From the NCBI RefSeq assembly GCF_032191835.1, contig NC_083239.1, forward strand, positions 56,606,001 through 56,670,000: a DNA stretch of 64,000 nucleotides. The letters run 5' to 3'. A model generated the notes under the pieces. That model did no database searches and was not told where the DNA came from. It saw only the letters and a program-made list of their open reading frames with translations. Shown piece after piece: positions 60,101 to 64,000 of the stretch. Both the position numbers and the translations under genes were made by a program. Position 1 is the stretch's first letter. Each line of letters starts with the position of its first letter. This stretch comes from Heteronotia binoei. Its lineage: Eukaryota.

Positions 60101-61342
60101 GCTACAGGCAGCTTCTTAAAAGCCCCTTTGACTAAGCTGCGAGGGAGAAGCAGAGAGAGGCAAACTTGGTGACAACGCCAGCAGCAGCCACACCAGGCAA
60201 GCTGGCCAAAGAGCGGCTCAGTTGCTGGCTGCATGTGCAGGTGGGAGGGCTGCAAGCAGGGGGGAACTGGGGGTGGGGAGCCAGCCCAGGGCCCCTAAAG
60301 GCGTGGGGCCCATAGGCCAGTGCCTGCTTTGCCTAATTGTTAACCTGGCTCTGCTGGGCCTCCCTGGAGAAGACTTTGACCCTCACTGTCACCTGCTCAG
60401 TTGAGATGCTTTGCCCTTTGGCATGAGACATGCATGGGCATCTCTCCTTGCCCCCTGGCTCCTCAGCAGCCTGCCCCCAAACCGCTCCAGGATCCTGCTC
60501 CTGGGCTGCCTTGCAAGAGGCAGGGGGGCATGATCCGGTGCTGGGCCCTGCTGCTGCCCCACAGCCACCGGGCGAGTTGTGGCAAGGCAGCAGCTCAGGG
60601 AAGCAGAGGGGGCAGGCGGCAGCAGGGGGAGAGTGGCAGGGGGCTGCTCCAATCCTGCTGGTGGGGGGTCTGGTCCCAGGGGCAGTGCTGCTGAAAGGGG
60701 TGTGGGTGTGTGTGGAGGTGTCCCCGCCCAGTCAGGCCTCCCCCCCCTCAGGCCAGGAGGCGGGTGTGGGGCTGGTGGGGCCAGATCTGGCAAAAGCAGA
60801 GGTGGCAGGCCAATGCGATAAGGGCGGGTCTCCTTATCAGCCCCCGCCATGCCTCTCCCCCCCCCCCCCGCCCTCGGCAGCCCCAGGAGGGGGAGCAGTC
60901 TTGGAGCTAGCCAGGGGCCCATGGGGTTTGGGAAGGTTTGGGGGCTGCCCCTCTCCCTCCCACTCAGGAGGGGCACCCAAGAGCAGCTGCTGTCTGTCCC
61001 CTGCCATGGAAGAGGGGTGGTCTGCAGCCTCTCCAGCTTCCTGTTCTCACCCCTATGGCCCCGTCCCTCCATGCTGCCCCCTAGCTACAGGGCTGGTGGG
61101 GGGGCAGCAGCAAGTGCGGGCAGGCGCTGGAGCCCTCCGGGGAGCAGGACCCCGAGCAGGCTGCCTCCTTGGGCCAGGGCTCTTGGCGGGGCCACCCCGC
61201 GGCAGGCCGGAAGGAGGAGCCCCGGGGTGCGCATCCCCCCCCTCCGCGGGTCCTTACCGGCCTCGAGGGCTTGGGTCAGGGTGGCCGAGCCGGTCATGCC
61301 GGTGGCCCCGAAGATGGCGATGCGCTTGCAGGAGGCCGCCAT
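54143..61342 (-). CDS. BLVRB: Biliverdin reductase B / flavin reductase (NADPH). Coding exons 61258-61342, 58932-59093, 58755-58844, 57924-58055, 54143-54306
   Basis: Spliced [22 protein letters not shown]...LVRDP...GDVL...[21 protein letters not shown]...CLSAFL...DHIRM...[15 protein letters not shown]...[16 protein letters not shown]. Rossmann GATGxTG motif and a five-exon structure with consistent phases. Confidence 0.96.
55062..55350 (+). mobile_element. Squam2/CORE-like SINE
   Basis: CCAGTTTGATGTAGTGGTTAAGTGTGCAGACTCTTATCTGGGAGACCTGGGTTTGATTCCCC head; same family as 48950. Confidence 0.7.
56097..56270. mobile_element. Short inverted-repeat element (GGGTTGCCA...TGGCAGCCC family)
   Basis: Terminal inverted repeats; the internal GGAGATCTC/CCAGG motif also occurs near 3890, 5050, 34700 and 35540. 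Confidence 0.5.
56419..56933. mobile_element. Non-autonomous hAT (Charlie-like) MITE
   Basis: TIRs CAGGGGTGTCAAAC ... GTTCAACACCCCTG, followed inside by the typical GCGGCCCGGGGGCC; TSD imperfect. Confidence 0.65.
57008..57295 (-). mobile_element. Sauria SINE
   Basis: AAAGGAAAGGTCCCCTGTGCAAGCACCAGTCGTTTCCGACTCTGGGGTGA...GACCTCGGAAGGATGGAAGGCTGAGTCAACC, the Sauria SINE body in reverse orientation. Confidence 0.85.
57300..57830 (+). mobile_element. Degenerate CR1 LINE RT fragment
   Basis: AGTGGAGTGGCTCAAGGATCTGTCCTGGGG, TTTATAAATGATTTGGA, TTTGCAGATGATACTAAATTGGGAGG, GATCTAGGGGTCTTAGTGGAC. Confidence 0.8.
58276..58572 (-). mobile_element. Sauria SINE
   Basis: Second near-complete copy, similar to 57008-57295. 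Confidence 0.85.
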
Positions 61343-62350
61343 GCCGCCCAGCTCCCTCCTCCGCTCGGCGCCGCGCCGCCTTCCGCCCGGGAAAGAGGCC
61401 CAGTCCCAGTCCCTGCCCCGCAGCCGCAGCCCCTCCTCCTCTCCTCTCCTCTCCCCTGCCCGGGGCCACCCCTGCCAGGGCCCCGCCCCGCCTGCCCGCG
61501 GGAGGAGAGAGAGAGAGGCCGGCCCGGGGCCCCCCTCCCTCCCTCCCTCCCGCCGCCTGCCAGTTCTGCGCCGCCGCCGCCGCCGCCAAGTCCGTGCCCA
61601 GGGCGGGCGGAGGGGGAAAGGAAGCGCGCTGCTGCTGCTGCTGCTGCTGCTGCAGCCGCCCCGAGGGCGTCGCCTGGCCGCCTTTGCCGGGAGCCCCGCC
61701 GCCGCCGCAGCAGCAGCAGCAGCAGGCAGGGGGGGGCGGGGGGGGCGGGGGGGGGTCCTGGGCTCCCTCCCTCCCTCTCTCCCTCTCCCTCCGCGGCTGG
61801 CGGGGCGGGCTTGCGCGGGGCGCCCGGATTGGCTGCGGGGCCGGGCCGGACGGACTGGGGTGCTGCTGCTGCTGCTGCTCGGCTCAGCCCCGCCGCGGCT
61901 GCTGCTGCTGCTCCTGGAAGCCCCCCCCCCCGGTGAGTCCCGAGCCCTTCCTTCGCCCGGGGGGGGGGAGAGGGGGGGCTTGGCCCCTGCCCGGACTCCT
62001 CCGCAGCCCGCCTCCGCCCTGCCGGCCCTCGGCCCCCCAAGGCAGCCTCGCAGGCGGCGAGGGGAGGCCGGCCGGGGGGGAGCGAGCCCGGAGCGCCTTT
62101 CTGGGCAGCGCCCGGACCTCGGGAGCATCGGGGAGGGGTGGGGGCTGCTGCTGCTGCTTCAGCGCCCTTGGGGCCCCGACGGCGGCGGCCCAGAAGAGGC
62201 CTGGATGGCCCAGCTGCCCCCTGCCCGTCCCCCCCCCCCCCGGGGCTTCCAGAGGGCCGCGCTGCCCTTCCCCACCCGCACTGCCCGGGCCCCCCTGGCA
62301 CACACACACTCCCGGGCCCTTGCTGCTGCCCTCCCGGCGGGAGCCCCTGC
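61100..62350. promoter_or_regulatory. CpG island: BLVRB promoter and probable divergent non-coding first exon of SPTBN4 (donor at 61932/61933)
   Basis: Dense CpG; plus-strand consensus donor CG|GTGAGT; ATTGG at about 61828. SPTBN4 lies head-to-head with BLVRB in human (from memory). No SPTBN4 coding exon is recognisable in the window. Confidence 0.5.
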
Positions 62351-64000
62351 CTGCCTGCACTGTCTGGGGCTGGGGGGGACCCTGGGCCTCCTTGTCTGCC
62401 TCCCCTCAGCCTGGGAGGGCCGCAGATGAGCCCTGGGAATCAGACCCCCCTCCCGGGTCCACCAAGGTCATTCCAGGGTCTCCAGTGCAGGTGGGGATTG
62501 AACCGGGACCTTCTGCAGGTGCCAAGCAGAGGCTCCCTGGGCCTTGTGGCCTGTCTGGCTCCCTCCTGGTTCCATTGAGAGCCTCCCAGAGGGAAGCCCG
62601 AGGGCGAGGGGGGGGGCTTCTCACCAGATCCTCACACCAACCCTGCGAGGCAGGACAGGCCGAGGGTGGCACCACCTCATGAGCGGCGATGGCCCAGCAG
62701 GGACTGAAGCCAGGCTCTGCCCAGTCCAACCTCCCCATAGGACGGCTGCACTGCAGCCAGCTGAGTTTTTCTGTGGCAATAATAAGACTCTCCTACCTCA
62801 CAGGAGTGTTAGTGCAGTGAATGAATTTACAGGGGGGAGGTTTGCTTTTCGTGAGTATGCTCTGGTGGGAAAGGCCCGGACTCAGTGCCTGAAGATCAGC
62901 TGGGCAGGGGCTGTCCCATGAGTTCTAGGGCTGGTGCTCTGGCCCACATTCTCGCAGGGGCCTGGGGCTGGCTGAATGCTGTGGGGAAGAGGGCCCCTCA
63001 GTCACATCCTCTCCACCAGGGATTTCGCAGGTGGCCTTGGTGAGGCAGAGGCCGTCTCTCAGCCACAGTCTCTGGTCCGAAAAAAGGCCGTTGTTATGCT
63101 GGCCGGCCTTGCAGGGGTGTTGCGAGGGCTGCCGAGGGGACCCTGAGACACTGGGCAGGAGTAAGTGGGCACAACACAGTTGTCGGAGCTTTCCCCATCA
63201 CGGTGCCATCCGCCCACCTCTTCCGGGGTGTGTGTGCGCATGAGAAAGGGTCACCATGTGCTCCCAGGGGTCCTTCGGCTGTGATTTGCAGCCAGCTGAG
63301 CAGCAGAGGTGGCCTTGGTCCCCCCTCCCCCCACCGCCTCATGCCCCTCAGCAGTTAATTTCCTTTGCTTGTCTCACGAGGGTGGGGACCGAGGGAGGGG
63401 GCTGCGGAGTGACTCCAGGAGGGGGAGAGACCAGATGAACCCGTTCTGGCCCAGCTCAGAGAGGGATCGGATGGCACCGGGACGCTTGTCTGTTGCAGAA
63501 GCAATGTGAGCCTGCTTGCTCTCTCTCCCAGTGTGGCTTCCTAACCTCTCCTCCACGTGGCACCAGGCTCCTGCCGTGGCACACTTGGTGCTGCCACTGG
63601 CAGTAGGTGAAGTGCCCGGGCAATACCATGTGCCAGGGCAAGGATCCGCATCCCGAGCAGCTGCTTGCTGGGAAATAAGTTGGCCCAGGGCCTCTGAGGA
63701 AAGGCTTTCTGGGTTGTGAGGAGGATCTGGGTCTTCCCAAGCAAAACCTGAGTCCAGAGGCTCCATTAAGACCCCCAGAGCTTTAGTCATGTATCAGCTT
63801 TCGTGTGCAAGCGCACTTCTTCAGATACATGGGCGTTGTTTCCTCAGACCTTCCTTACAGAGGGGGTGGGGTGGGATACAGTGGGGGGGCTGCTGTCAGG
63901 ATGGGCCACAGGCTCAGGATGCATCAATGCTGGAAGGGGGGGGGGTTATAGCTGAGATTGGATGCAAGAGAGATCTATGAATGGCAGTAGATTAGCATAC

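Overview
This is GC-rich vertebrate genomic DNA. Sauria-SINE and Squam-type SINEs, CR1/L2 LINEs and hAT-like MITEs point to a squamate, most likely a gecko. The window is syntenic with human 19q13.2. All six protein-coding genes are on the minus strand: C19orf47 (5' part), PLD3, HIPK4, PRX (periaxin), one SERTAD1-like gene and BLVRB. A CpG island follows with a probable non-coding first exon of SPTBN4 on the plus strand. I rebuilt exons by hand from splice sites and reading phase; human comparisons are from memory, not from a search. Main observations: (1) Upstream of the periaxin PDZ exon lies a chain of phase-compatible putative coding exons, and about 9 kb upstream a first exon encoding an AHNAK2-type MCDCF N-terminus. 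This suggests a much longer, possibly acylated, AHNAK2-like periaxin isoform. (2) HIPK4 has only two coding exons: a 1.68-kb exon with the whole kinase, and a remote last exon whose 3' end sits in the PLD3 CpG island. (3) PLD3 is inverted relative to the human arrangement. (4) Two introns hold tandem arrays of CR1 3' ends. (5) Several apparent frameshifts are each fixed by removing one base from a G/C run, which suggests assembly homopolymer errors.
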